Assembly (NCBI GenBank): GCA_963827685.1
Contig: CAWHBU010000005.1
Span: 224,001-288,000, forward strand
DNA length: 64,000 nucleotides
Direction of reading: 5' to 3'
Origin: an uncultured delta proteobacterium
GTDB lineage: Bacteria; Desulfobacterota; BSN033; UBA1163
In this document: piece after piece, positions 40,895-50,256 of the stretch
How positions within the stretch are numbered: position 1 is the first letter of the stretch
How the letters are laid out: every line of letters starts with the position of its first letter
The notes under the pieces: model-generated
Told to the model about the DNA's origin: nothing
The model's database searches: none
The model's input: only the letters and a program-made list of their open reading frames with translations
Program-made: the position numbers and the translations under genes

Positions 40895-41650
40895 CTATGT
40901 CTCACACGGATGAGTTCGCTTGGCATATATATATCCACCATTGCGGTTCATTTTGACTTCAAAACCTAATTCTTTAAGTCTAAGAGGAATATCGATGGAA
41001 AATTCTGGCGGAACACTATGCGTCTCCATAGCAATTCCCATGATTTTAGCAGCAGTTTCAGAACTGATATTTCTTAGGATATCATGTTCAGCTCCTTCGC
41101 AATCCAACTTTAAAAAATCGATTCGAGGTAGATCCTCTTGCCTGATGATATCCTCAACCGAGATAGTGGGAATACGTCCCGTCTTGATATTCGTAATCCT
41201 TCTTTTATATAAGGAATGATCGGCTGAGGAGCCACCTTGATAGGTATAAATATCTTGATATCCACTTATACCAGAAACCGCCATTTTAAAGATAGACATA
41301 TTCTCCAGGTGGTTTAGCTCCACATTCTTCTTGAGCATTTGATAATTATTTGACTCCGGCTCAAAAGCGAGCACCTTGTAGGCACTTCTTGCAACGATGA
41401 TAGAGAAAGATCCGATGTGAGCTCCTACATCGACAACAATTGAGTCTTTTGTGATTGGAATAAAATCTTTTGTATAGTTTTTCTTAACAAAATTTGATTT
41501 TACAATTCTCAAATCATCCGTATTAGGGCGCAACTTAATTCTTAAACCGCTTCGATGTATCAACTCAATTTCTTTGCGTAGAAATCCATAACGTCCTGCA
41601 TAAAACATATACCAATTCTTAAACGTAGCAATATTCTTTATGAATGACAT
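40895..41650 (-). CDS. FkbM-family methyltransferase
   Basis: VDVGAHIG, FEP, LKLDCEGAE. Confidence 0.92.
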   Translation of the reverse strand: MSFIKNIATFKNWYMFYAGRYGFLRKEIELIHRSGLRIKLRPNTDDLRIVKSNFVKKNYTKDFIPITKDSIVVDVGAHIGSFSIIVARSAYKVLAFEPESNNYQMLKKNVELNHLENMSIFKMAVSGISGYQDIYTYQGGSSADHSLYKRRITNIKTGRIPTISVEDIIRQEDLPRIDFLKLDCEGAEHDILRNISSETAAKIMGIAMETHSVPPEFSIDIPLRLKELGFEVKMNRNGGYIYAKRTHPCET

Positions 41651-42750
41651 TCAAGGTCTCTCTTCTTATCTCTGACAGCTTCTGGCCTCGCTAAGATGCC
41701 TAAAATCTCTTTCGTTGCCTTAAAAACTTCATCGGCTGAGATAGCTTTTATACAGACAAGTCTTTTGCAGGAATATTCATGACACGGATTGCACCCCACT
41801 TCTTTTCTTACTTTGATGTGATTTCCAAAAGGTTCATTTTCTATCGGGTCTGTCGGTCCATAAATGACGACAGCAGGGATTCCCATGAGGGAAGCAATAT
41901 GCATTGGTCCTGTATCTCCTCCAATATAAAGATCACAGTTTCTATATACCTCCCCCAACTGTGTCAAGGATTCCGTTTTTGGCGCCAGGAGAGATGGCTC
42001 CTTCATCTGTTTTCGAACACCTTCTACCCACTCCAGTTCCTCATCTCCCCAAGTGAAAAGAACGGAGGCATTGAGTTCTCGGACCAATCGATTCGCCAAT
42101 TGAGCATATTGATCAGGCATCCATCGCTTGAAGAAAGCTTTGGGGCTCGTTCCCGGATGGATGGCAATCAAAGGTCTGTTGAGGGACGCTGATGAAGCCT
42201 TAAAAAATGACGCCACATATTTCCGATCCTCCGGGGGGATATGAAGGCTATATTTAAGCTTTTTCAGCTCCAATCCCATCCCTCTTAGTAGCGCAAGATT
42301 TCTTTCAAATCGGCTGGTCCTTTCTTTTAGAAGCTTCACTTTTACATTCGAAAACAAGAAATTCCCCTCCTTGGTCGACCTTCGATCATATCCAATCCTC
42401 TTAGGAGAACCTGAAAGAAATGAGAGAACACCGCTTTTAAGGATCCCATGAAAATCAAGAACCACATCAAACTTTCGCCTTCGAAGATTTTTGACAAATC
42501 CCCGCATTTCCCCGATCGTCCCCCATATCCCCCTTAATGACTTTATTCCTTTGGTCCACCTTTTCCTTGGAAATAAGATCACCTCATCAACCTCTGGTTG
42601 ACTTTCCAGGAAGGCTCGAGAGGGTTCTTCAACAATCCAGGTGATTGAGGAGGAAGGAGTGTGCTCTTTTAAGGCTTTTACTGCGGGCAGTGTTCGGATA
42701 ACATCCCCCACTGCACTCAGCCTCAAAACCAAAATTCTTTGGTATTCCAT
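41638..42750 (-). CDS. GT9 heptosyltransferase (WaaC-like)
   Basis: LRLSAVGDV, HPGTS, GGDTGPMH. Confidence 0.9.
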   Translation of the reverse strand: MEYQRILVLRLSAVGDVIRTLPAVKALKEHTPSSSITWIVEEPSRAFLESQPEVDEVILFPRKRWTKGIKSLRGIWGTIGEMRGFVKNLRRRKFDVVLDFHGILKSGVLSFLSGSPKRIGYDRRSTKEGNFLFSNVKVKLLKERTSRFERNLALLRGMGLELKKLKYSLHIPPEDRKYVASFFKASSASLNRPLIAIHPGTSPKAFFKRWMPDQYAQLANRLVRELNASVLFTWGDEELEWVEGVRKQMKEPSLLAPKTESLTQLGEVYRNCDLYIGGDTGPMHIASLMGIPAVVIYGPTDPIENEPFGNHIKVRKEVGCNPCHEYSCKRLVCIKAISADEVFKATKEILGILARPEAVRDKKRDLECHS

Positions 42751-42757
42751 TGTTGAA

Positions 42758-42786
42758 ACATTACCCTATTATTACCCAATTTTCAA
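42758..42786 (-). promoter_or_regulatory. Putative sigma70 promoter for the LPS locus (leaderless geometry)
   Basis: TTGAAA-17 nt-TAATGT ending 7 nt before the ATG at 42750; no SD. Confidence 0.5.
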
Positions 42787-42889
42787 CAGCAAATACAAGA
42801 AGATAACAAATAGCAATATCGTCTTTTCTGGAATTTTACCAATAAAAGCAATATACTACTCTCAAATCATTCTCGGCCTTTGGTGTCGA

Positions 42890-43927
42890 ATGAATACTCA
42901 AATCCTGTCTTTCCGTTTCAGCCCTAAGAGAAAGGTGAGAATTGGAATAGCGGTATTTGCTACAGGGTTATTAGGTACTGGCTTATTCATCACCAATGAT
43001 ACCTTAATGGCCCTCCATGAAAATGAGACTAAAAAGATACCTTCCTACGACGGTTTCTCTGAAATCAATCCTTCAAAAAATCACTTCATTCTTGTCGGAG
43101 ATACACAGAGTACAAGCCGCTGGGAATTCTGGCGGGAAAAGAATGATATAGAACGAAAGTTAATCATTGATGAAATAGCCAAACACGATCCAGCCTTTGT
43201 TATCCACCTTGGTGATCTTACTGCTCGGGGAAGTTTAGAGAAACACTGGCAGAAATTTGACGATATGCACAGAGAATTTCCCAAGAAGAAGATTCCTTAT
43301 TTCCCAATCCTGGGAAATCATGAGTTTTATGGCAGCGACAAGAAAGCATTGCAGAACTATTTTGAGCGTTTTCCCCATCTTCATCAAAGGCGATGGTATA
43401 ACTTCACCTGGAATAATGTCGCAATGGTCACGGTTGATTCCAATTTCTCCGCCCTAACCAAAGAACAAATCGAGGACCAGTCTCAGTGGTATTTGAACGA
43501 GCTTGAAAAGTTCGAAAAGAACACGAAAATTAATTTTATCATTGTCTGCTGCCACGAGCCACCTTTTACCAACAGCCGGGTAGTCAGTCCAAACGAGAAA
43601 GTCAAAGTTTATTTTGCTGATCCTTTTCTTCGATTCCAAAAGACTCGCTTATTCTTCAGCGGCCACAGTCATTCTTATGAGCGTTTTCAAATGGGCGACA
43701 AGTACTTCATTGTCTCTGGGGGAGGGGGTGGACCGAGGCACAAGGTTATTATCGATCCCCGAAAGCGACGTTACCAAGACCTCTTTTCTGGCCCCGAACT
43801 TCGCTTTTTCCACTTCTGCGAAATAGAAAGCGGTAACGACACCCTTCTCTTCAAAGTCCTGCGCCTCGAATCTGATGACACATTCACAGTAGTTGACCCG
43901 TTAGTAATCCCAAAAATCAGAAGATAA
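42890..43927 (+). CDS. Calcineurin-like metallophosphoesterase
   Basis: VGDTQ, HLGDL, LGNHE, SGHSHSYER; start moved to 42890 to avoid the opposite-strand overlap. Confidence 0.9.
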   Translation: MNTQILSFRFSPKRKVRIGIAVFATGLLGTGLFITNDTLMALHENETKKIPSYDGFSEINPSKNHFILVGDTQSTSRWEFWREKNDIERKLIIDEIAKHDPAFVIHLGDLTARGSLEKHWQKFDDMHREFPKKKIPYFPILGNHEFYGSDKKALQNYFERFPHLHQRRWYNFTWNNVAMVTVDSNFSALTKEQIEDQSQWYLNELEKFEKNTKINFIIVCCHEPPFTNSRVVSPNEKVKVYFADPFLRFQKTRLFFSGHSHSYERFQMGDKYFIVSGGGGGPRHKVIIDPRKRRYQDLFSGPELRFFHFCEIESGNDTLLFKVLRLESDDTFTVVDPLVIPKIRR

Positions 43928-43932
43928 GAAAA

Positions 43933-44337
43933 CTATCCGGTGAGGCAAACCAAGAATTTTTCAGGAAGGCTCTTTGTTTTACCATTTGAATCGACGCAGA
44001 TGTGTTGGGTCTCCCCCTCTGCAATCACGTTCTCCTCTTGATCTTTACGAAGAATCTGATACCCAAAGGTGATCAACCGCTTATTTGCTCCCTTCAAGCG
44101 AGTTCGCACAATGACTGTTTCATCATACCGAGCAGAACTCCGATACCGGCAATGGACGTCGACGACGACAAGCTTATAGCCCAATGCTTCCAAATCAACA
44201 TAGCGGAATCCCCTTTTTCGACAGAACTCAGACCGTCCTACTTCAAACCAGACAAGGTAGTTCGCATAATAAGCCACTCCCATCTGGTCCGTTTCTGCAT
44301 ACCTAACTCGAATATCAACATCCACCAGGTCTTTCAT
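43933..44337 (-). CDS. YbgC/FadM-family acyl-CoA thioesterase
   Basis: RVRYAETDQMGVAYYANYLVWFEVGR. Confidence 0.95.
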   Translation of the reverse strand: MKDLVDVDIRVRYAETDQMGVAYYANYLVWFEVGRSEFCRKRGFRYVDLEALGYKLVVVDVHCRYRSSARYDETVIVRTRLKGANKRLITFGYQILRKDQEENVIAEGETQHICVDSNGKTKSLPEKFLVCLTG

Positions 44338-44403
44338 CCAAGCTCCCTAATCCATAACGTGACCGTGTCCGTCCTCCGTGTCCGTAACTTAGTGTAACAT
44401 CTA

Positions 44404-44550
44404 AAATCCAAATTTCAATTTCCAAATCCCAAATAAACTACAAGATCCAATTACCAAAATTCCAAAACTTTTAATTTTCCATTTCTTTTGGACATTGAGG
44501 ATTTAGAACATTGGTGCTTGTTTGCGATTTGATCCTTGGGATTTAGAATT
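44404..44550. repeat. Imperfect inverted heptamer-rich element, copy A
   Basis: AAATCCC/AAATTCC-rich left arm, TTGGGATTT/TTGGTGCTT-rich right arm. Confidence 0.75.
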
Positions 44551-44558
44551 TCTGTCCC

Positions 44559-45428
44559 TTACAGGGCTCTTAAATACTCAGGTCGGAGCAAATCTGGATC
44601 CTTCCTCCGGAGGACTTCTCGAATTCGCTTAAGGGCTTCTTCTTTTTCCTCTGGCATTTGAATTCGAAGAGGAAGATAGTTAGAGGCGTGATTGGAAGCA
44701 AAGAAACAATGGGTGAATTGGCAGTGGGTAATCATCATTTCCAGTTCTTTGATCAGACCGAAAGGAGTAGGTAAGACCAATTTTCCTGTTTCGATTTCCT
44801 TCTCAATGGGTGTTCCGGGAACGATCATCAAAGAAAGTGCGCCGACGTAGTCCGGATCCATCTGTGAAAGGACCTTTCCGGTCTCCACAGCATGCGCTTG
44901 ACTGCCTTCCACGCCACCGATGCCCAAAATCACAGTCACCGAGAGAAGAATTCCTGATTCCTTCACCCTTTTCCCGGCACGGATCAATTGATCCACGGTG
45001 GCATTCTTCTTAATGCGTTTCAATACTTCCGGATCTCCGGACTCCAAACCCAGATAGAGTATTCCCAAACCCAGGTCTTTTAGGGCTTTTAGTTCCTCCA
45101 CATCTTTCCGAAGGATATCCTTTGCATTGGCGTAGATGCCCACCCTTTCGAGCCCCTTCAATTTCGCTTTCAGATAGGATAGGATCTGAAGCAGTCCCTT
45201 TTGAGGGATGCTCAGGGCATCCCCATCTGCCAAGAATACTCTCCGAATTTTATACGGACTTACCTCATCGATATCCTCTTTGATCTCTTCGAAACTTTTT
45301 ATCCGGAAGCGCTTCCCTTGATAAGCACCGCAAAAAGTACATCGATTGTAAGAGCAACCCACCGTGACCTGAAGGATCAAGCTGTCCGCTTCGCTGGGAG
45401 GTCGGAAGATCATCCCCTCATACTTCAT
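44559..45428 (-). CDS. Radical SAM protein
   Basis: RPPSEA, CSYNRCTFC (CxxxCxxC), FLADGDAL, SNHASNY. Confidence 0.93.
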   Translation of the reverse strand: MKYEGMIFRPPSEADSLILQVTVGCSYNRCTFCGAYQGKRFRIKSFEEIKEDIDEVSPYKIRRVFLADGDALSIPQKGLLQILSYLKAKLKGLERVGIYANAKDILRKDVEELKALKDLGLGILYLGLESGDPEVLKRIKKNATVDQLIRAGKRVKESGILLSVTVILGIGGVEGSQAHAVETGKVLSQMDPDYVGALSLMIVPGTPIEKEIETGKLVLPTPFGLIKELEMMITHCQFTHCFFASNHASNYLPLRIQMPEEKEEALKRIREVLRRKDPDLLRPEYLRAL

Positions 45429-45727
45429 TTCGAATGCTCCTTTCCCTTCGAAGGGGTATCGAATTGATAAATGATCTCTCCTGCCTTGACCATCCCCAGC
45501 TCCTTTCGAGCGATCTCTTCGATATACCGTTTATCACTCTGTAGCCGTTTTACCTCTTCCTTCAACTTTTGATTCTCCTCCTCCAACTTAAAATTCATCT
45601 CCTTGATCCGGGCCAGCTCCTTCTGGAGGCGGAAAAGGTGGAAGATCCCATTTTCTCCAAAGAAGGTGAGGGTTCCAAGAATCAAAAGCAAAATAAGAAT
45701 CAGGAAAAGAAGACGCTTCCTCTTCAT
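45425..45727 (-). CDS. ftsB: Septum formation initiator
   Basis: TM helix, FGENG, coiled coil, IEEIARKELGMVKAGE; start trimmed to MKRKRL. Confidence 0.9.
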   Translation of the reverse strand: MKRKRLLFLILILLLILGTLTFFGENGIFHLFRLQKELARIKEMNFKLEEENQKLKEEVKRLQSDKRYIEEIARKELGMVKAGEIIYQFDTPSKGKEHSK

Positions 45728-45774
45728 TTTCAGCGATTTCCCTAGTCCACCCTCCAACCAGCCCTGTTCAATGA

Positions 45775-45948
45775 ATTCATTCCAAATCCCAAATTCCAAA
45801 TCACAAATCCCAAACAAATTCCAAACAAAAATACCAAATTGCCAAAACGATTTTTATGCACTTTTGAACTTTGGACATTGGAACTTATTTGTTATTTGGT
45901 GCTTGCCCTGCACCATATTAGGTACAGGGCTTGGATTTGGTGCTTGAA
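45775..45948. repeat. Imperfect inverted heptamer-rich element, copy B, carrying micro-element copy 3 at 45906-45928
   Basis: CAAATCC/CAAATTC units, TTTGGTGCTT right arm; GCTTG-CCCTGCACCATATTAGGTACAGG-GCTTG. Confidence 0.8.
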
Positions 45949-45982
45949 AGTATAGACAACGTGTAAGAAAATTACCTCCATC

Positions 45983-46811
45983 CTATTGTAGTCTGAATTT
46001 AATCGGGATGGTCCCCGATTGTTCAACCTGAGGTTGATCTTTTGGCAATGGATCGAACCGCCACTGTTTCAAGTATTGGACAGCAATCCTTTCCAGCTCT
46101 GTATCGCCTTTGACCGAAGGGACAACTCGATCCACTATCCCACTGGGTAATACCCAGAGCGTCAACTCGATCTCTGCTTCCACTTTCACTTTGACCTGAG
46201 GGGGATTGGGTCTCTCCAGAATTTTCCGCTTGACGAGAGTCTCCCTTCATCCCCAAGCGAAGGTTTTCCTCCAGTGGCTTTTCCTCCGTACTCCCTTCTT
46301 TGGACTTCAGGAGTCTTTCAATCACCTTCTCTGTTCCTTTATCCTTCTGAGAAGCTAAGTCGGTTGCCTCCTTCAGAGAAGGGGTGGGAGCTTCTGGATA
46401 AAAAAGATCCTCCTTCTTTTTCAAATATTCTTTTAACTCCTGATCCATTTCCTTAAACTCTGATGAATTCTTCAGGGCTTTCATCTTCTCTTCGGCGTTG
46501 GGAGATTCGAGCTTTTTCATACGAGGATATTCCGGAGCAAGGGTTCTCCAATCTTCCCTCGCACTCGCCTCCTCCATCTTCTTAAGAATGACTTCCTCCC
46601 GTATCCGTTTTTCCTCCGGAGGGATCACACCATTTTCCCATCCCAAGATCCTTTTGCTTTCATGGGTCAGTGCTCTCCATCCGTCCCTCAGGCGGACAGG
46701 GAAGGTGGGGACCAAAATGAAAATACAGGACAAACACACGATGAGGACGAAGAAAATGGCGACAAGAAGGAAGGTACGCTTCTGGTTTTTCGTCAATCGT
46801 TTTTTCATCAA
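45983..46811 (-). CDS. Membrane-anchored protein with TonB C-terminal domain, +1 frameshift near 46241
   Basis: N-terminal TM, charged linker, then WVLPSG...GDTELERIAVQYLKQWRF...IKFRL. Confidence 0.8.
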
Positions 46812-49800
46812 CGAACATTCCCCTTGCTCATCTGGTCAAGCATTCTTCTGGCTACCTCTTTTCGATCTTGCCTCTTGCTCTTCTCCAACAATTTTTGGTA
46901 GACCTGCCTGGCCTCAGATATTTTTTTCTCTTCCATATAGAGGGCCCCCAATTTCAGAAGGGCTTCTTCCATCAGGTCGGAGTGATGGGGGTAGAGGTAA
47001 ACTACCTTTGAAAATTGAATCAAAGCCGATTCTCTATTTCCAGCCTCCGAATAGGCCTCTCCCAATTTAAATTGGGCCTGACTGGCCACTCTCTCTTCAG
47101 GGCTTCGAACCGCCACGGAAAGGGCGGCGACGGCCTCCCCAAATTTCTTCTGGACAAGGTAGAGAATCCCTAACCTCAACTGCCCTTCAAACTGGATATC
47201 ATCTTGGGGAAAACTGCCTACCAATTCTTTCAAAACCTTCTCGGCCTGATCCATCTTCCCCAGGCTCCGATATCCCCCCTCCATCTCCAGATAGGCTTTC
47301 TTGGCTAGCGGGTGAAGGGGATGATTCTTAACCACCCATTCGTATTGTTCAATAGCTTTGGGGTGATCTTTGACAAGGAGATAGAGACCACCCAGCTCGA
47401 TATGGGCTTCAACAAAAAGATGACCTTTGGGGTAGCGATGAACGACTTTGTTCATTTCCTCAAGGGCTTCAGCCCATTTTTTATCTTGTATGAAGAGAAG
47501 GGCAATACGGAACTGTGCCTCTTCCGCCAATTCACCGTTAGGATAAAGGTTGATCAGCTCTTGATAGGTCTTCATCGCTTTTTCTTTCATCCGTTCTTGT
47601 TGGTAGTAATCCCCCAACTGCATCAAGGCCTGACTGGCGAGGGTGTGTTGGGGATATCGTTTTAGAAAAGTTTCCACCATGGAAATAAAAGAGTCATATT
47701 TCTTTTCTTGAAGGAGGCAAAGGAGGATTCCAAAATCAGCCTCCGGCGCCTCCTTTGATTTAGGATAAGCCCTCACTACATTGGAATAAGAATTGGCGGC
47801 TTGAGCATATCGTTTAAGGCTATAGTGTCCATCTCCTATCTTCAGAAGTGCGGAAGGGACATAGGGGCTTTCAGGGTACTTTTGGACAAGACGTTGAAAT
47901 TCTTCGATAGCCTCATGGAACTCTTTCTTCCGGAGATAGGACCATCCGATCCAGTATTGGGATTCATCTCCATAGGGGCTCCGTGGATTCAATTCCAACA
48001 GGGTTTGAAATTGACTGATTGCCTCATCAAATCGTTCCTCTCGATAAGCCACCCATCCAAGGAGATAGGTTGCTTTGTCCTTATCTCCGTTCCCCTCCGT
48101 CATGGAGGCCAATCGCATCAAATAGCTCTTGGCCTTCTGATAATCATTCTGATTCAAATAACACTCACCCACCAACAGGGAGATGGCAGGGGTGGACCGG
48201 TATTCTGGAAATTCTTTGAGAATCTTCAGAAAATACTGGTTGGCCTCCTTCCACTCTCGCCTTTGAAGGTGGTACCATCCCAAACTGTTCAACCCTTTCG
48301 GATACAAGGTTGGATCTCCCTGCAATTTGTCTACGAATCCAACCCCCTTTCGATAATCCTGCTTCAAGAGCGAAGCCTCGGCCATCCAATAAAGAATTTC
48401 GTTTTGCTCCGCTAAATTAGGAAAATCAGCGAGGAGCCTCTCCCAATATTGAATGGCCGTCTCATACTTTTTTAGATAAAAATGGGCGTAACCCAATTTC
48501 GAAAAAACTTGAGGTTCAAGTCTTGCCCTTCCCCTTTCCTCCAAGACTTGATGATAGGAAGCGATCGCGCCCGTATAATCTTTCAGATTGAACAGACTTT
48601 CTCCCAGCATGAAATGGACCCATTCGTGAAATTCACTTTCAGGATAAGTCCTGAGGAATTGACGGAATGTATTTGCGGCGTTGGTGTATTCTTTTTTACC
48701 AAAATAATATTGCCCAATATCAAACAGACATTGCTCTTCCCATGGGGAGGAGAGAAATTGTGAAAGAAATCTCTGATAGAGAAGCATAGCTCTCTCCACT
48801 TCATCGTTGCCCAAATAGGTTTTTACAATTCCCCAGAAGATCGGATCTGAAAGTTTTGTTCCGGGGGAGGTGAGGAGAATGTCCTCAAAGGTTTTTCTTC
48901 CTTCGGAATACTGCCCCATAGAGACCAAGCTCCAGGCCAAGGCATAGCGAGAACTCTCTTCTAAGGGATGCCTTGGATAACGCTTCCAGAAATCCTTGAA
49001 TTGGTCCGCCGCCTCTTTGAATCTTTTGAGGCGAAAGTAGCTGACACCGATCAAATATTCCGCCTCGGATCGCCACTTCCCACCTGGATGCTTTTGAAGA
49101 AGGGTCTCCATCTCCTGAAGTGTCTCTGTATATCGACCCAGCTGATAGAGACAGTAACCAGACCAAAATAAGGAAGACTCAGCGATGGGAAGGGCAGGAG
49201 TTTTTTCATAGACTTGATGAAAAAATTGATGTCCTTCTTCATAGACACCGTGTTTGAGTCGGATCCATCCGCATGAGTATAGGGCATAGGCATAGAATTC
49301 ACTTTTGGGATATTTTTCAACCACCTTATGAAAATCCGAAAACGCTTCGTCATCCCTCCCTTGGTGGTGCCTTGTTTCTCCCATCCAATAATAGGAAGCC
49401 CCGATCCACTCACTCTGAGGGTATTCTCGGATTAACTTCTGGAAAGAAGTGCTGGCATCTTCGTAAGCTCCTTTAATATAGTGGTATGTTCCTTGTTCAT
49501 AAAGAGCCTTATCCCCTACAAAGGGTTTTGTCAGACCTGATGTGAACCGACTTGAATAGGCACAACCGGGCCGCGTCGTGGAAGGGCTCATCTTTTTGAT
49601 CGGGCCAATGGAGTCTTCTCTCAAATCGAAGGAATCTACCCAAGGTTCTTCCTTTATTCCTTGCCCCATCATCATGGGAAGGGAAGCCTCCCTCTTTTCG
49701 ATCCATTTTGTCTCCTCTTTCCCAAAGAAGGTGAGTTCAGAAGTTCCCGTATGATTTTGGTATTGCCCTTGGCTTTGGAGAACAGGGAAAGAAAAAGTGA

Positions 49801-49849
49801 TGGAGATCAAGAGACAGAGGCCAAAAATCTTAATCATCGAGTTACACAT
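46808..49849 (-). CDS. Exported multi-TPR protein (CpoB/BamD-like repeats)
   Basis: Signal-like N-terminus; many repeats of A-x-F/Y-x-L-G...YP-x-S type. Confidence 0.9.
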   Translation of the reverse strand: MCNSMIKIFGLCLLISITFSFPVLQSQGQYQNHTGTSELTFFGKEETKWIEKREASLPMMMGQGIKEEPWVDSFDLREDSIGPIKKMSPSTTRPGCAYSSRFTSGLTKPFVGDKALYEQGTYHYIKGAYEDASTSFQKLIREYPQSEWIGASYYWMGETRHHQGRDDEAFSDFHKVVEKYPKSEFYAYALYSCGWIRLKHGVYEEGHQFFHQVYEKTPALPIAESSLFWSGYCLYQLGRYTETLQEMETLLQKHPGGKWRSEAEYLIGVSYFRLKRFKEAADQFKDFWKRYPRHPLEESSRYALAWSLVSMGQYSEGRKTFEDILLTSPGTKLSDPIFWGIVKTYLGNDEVERAMLLYQRFLSQFLSSPWEEQCLFDIGQYYFGKKEYTNAANTFRQFLRTYPESEFHEWVHFMLGESLFNLKDYTGAIASYHQVLEERGRARLEPQVFSKLGYAHFYLKKYETAIQYWERLLADFPNLAEQNEILYWMAEASLLKQDYRKGVGFVDKLQGDPTLYPKGLNSLGWYHLQRREWKEANQYFLKILKEFPEYRSTPAISLLVGECYLNQNDYQKAKSYLMRLASMTEGNGDKDKATYLLGWVAYREERFDEAISQFQTLLELNPRSPYGDESQYWIGWSYLRKKEFHEAIEEFQRLVQKYPESPYVPSALLKIGDGHYSLKRYAQAANSYSNVVRAYPKSKEAPEADFGILLCLLQEKKYDSFISMVETFLKRYPQHTLASQALMQLGDYYQQERMKEKAMKTYQELINLYPNGELAEEAQFRIALLFIQDKKWAEALEEMNKVVHRYPKGHLFVEAHIELGGLYLLVKDHPKAIEQYEWVVKNHPLHPLAKKAYLEMEGGYRSLGKMDQAEKVLKELVGSFPQDDIQFEGQLRLGILYLVQKKFGEAVAALSVAVRSPEERVASQAQFKLGEAYSEAGNRESALIQFSKVVYLYPHHSDLMEEALLKLGALYMEEKKISEARQVYQKLLEKSKRQDRKEVARRMLDQMSKGNVR

Positions 49850-49927
49850 AATGAGTCCTGCCTAAAAAGTATCAAATGTTTAGAAAAAAAGTCAAGGACG
49901 GATAAGTTTTTATTGGTTTTCGAGGCA

Positions 49928-50220
49928 CTTGCCGGCCTTGCCCACTCCCAGTTTTTCCTTATCCTCTCCAGGCCAAGTAGAATAAATGTAGCTTGCCACC
50001 TGGCCAACCCCCTCTTCAAGGCTTCATAAGGCCGATTCCTTAGAGCGTATTTTGTAACGTGACCGAGGAAGATAGGGGACTTCCTTATAACGTTGAGAGC
50101 CATGTGCCCAAGCGCAAAGCGGTGCGGCCTGTGAAGCCTCTCGGAGGGGCCCGGCCGCGTGGCTTGGCCCTAAAAAGTTTAGTGCTCATAAAAAACTGGG
50201 AGTGGGCAAGGCCGGCCAAG
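49928..50220 (+). other. Structured ~290-bp element with perfect 26-bp terminal inverted repeat (ncRNA or MITE candidate)
   Basis: 49931-49956 is the exact reverse complement of 50191-50216; four internal stem domains. Confidence 0.7.
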
Positions 50221-50222
50221 GA

Positions 50223-50252
50223 TTGACAGGATTTTCATAACTGTGATAGGTT
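50223..50252 (+). promoter_or_regulatory. Putative sigma70 promoter of pcm
   Basis: TTGACA-18 nt-TAGGTT with an extended TG. Confidence 0.55.
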
Positions 50253-50256
50253 ACTG

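Noticed and set aside
42641-42889. N-terminal extension of the metallophosphoesterase
   Set aside because: Overlaps the opposite-strand GT9 gene and its promoter
42751-42889. ops/JUMPstart element ahead of the long glycan operon
   Set aside because: No GGCGGTAG-like motif found in this interval
45728-45817. N-terminal extension of FtsB
   Set aside because: Arises from read-through of the heptamer repeat; MKRKRL is the family-like start
49834-50103. 89-aa ORF over the structured element
   Set aside because: No recognisable motifs; overlaps a promoter region and the inverted repeat
49928-50220. RNase P RNA, tmRNA or c-di-GMP-I riboswitch
   Set aside because: Lacks GAGGAAAGTCC, tRNA-like ends and the GGCAAA/GAAA P2 stem; only a GCAAAGC fragment resembles the riboswitch
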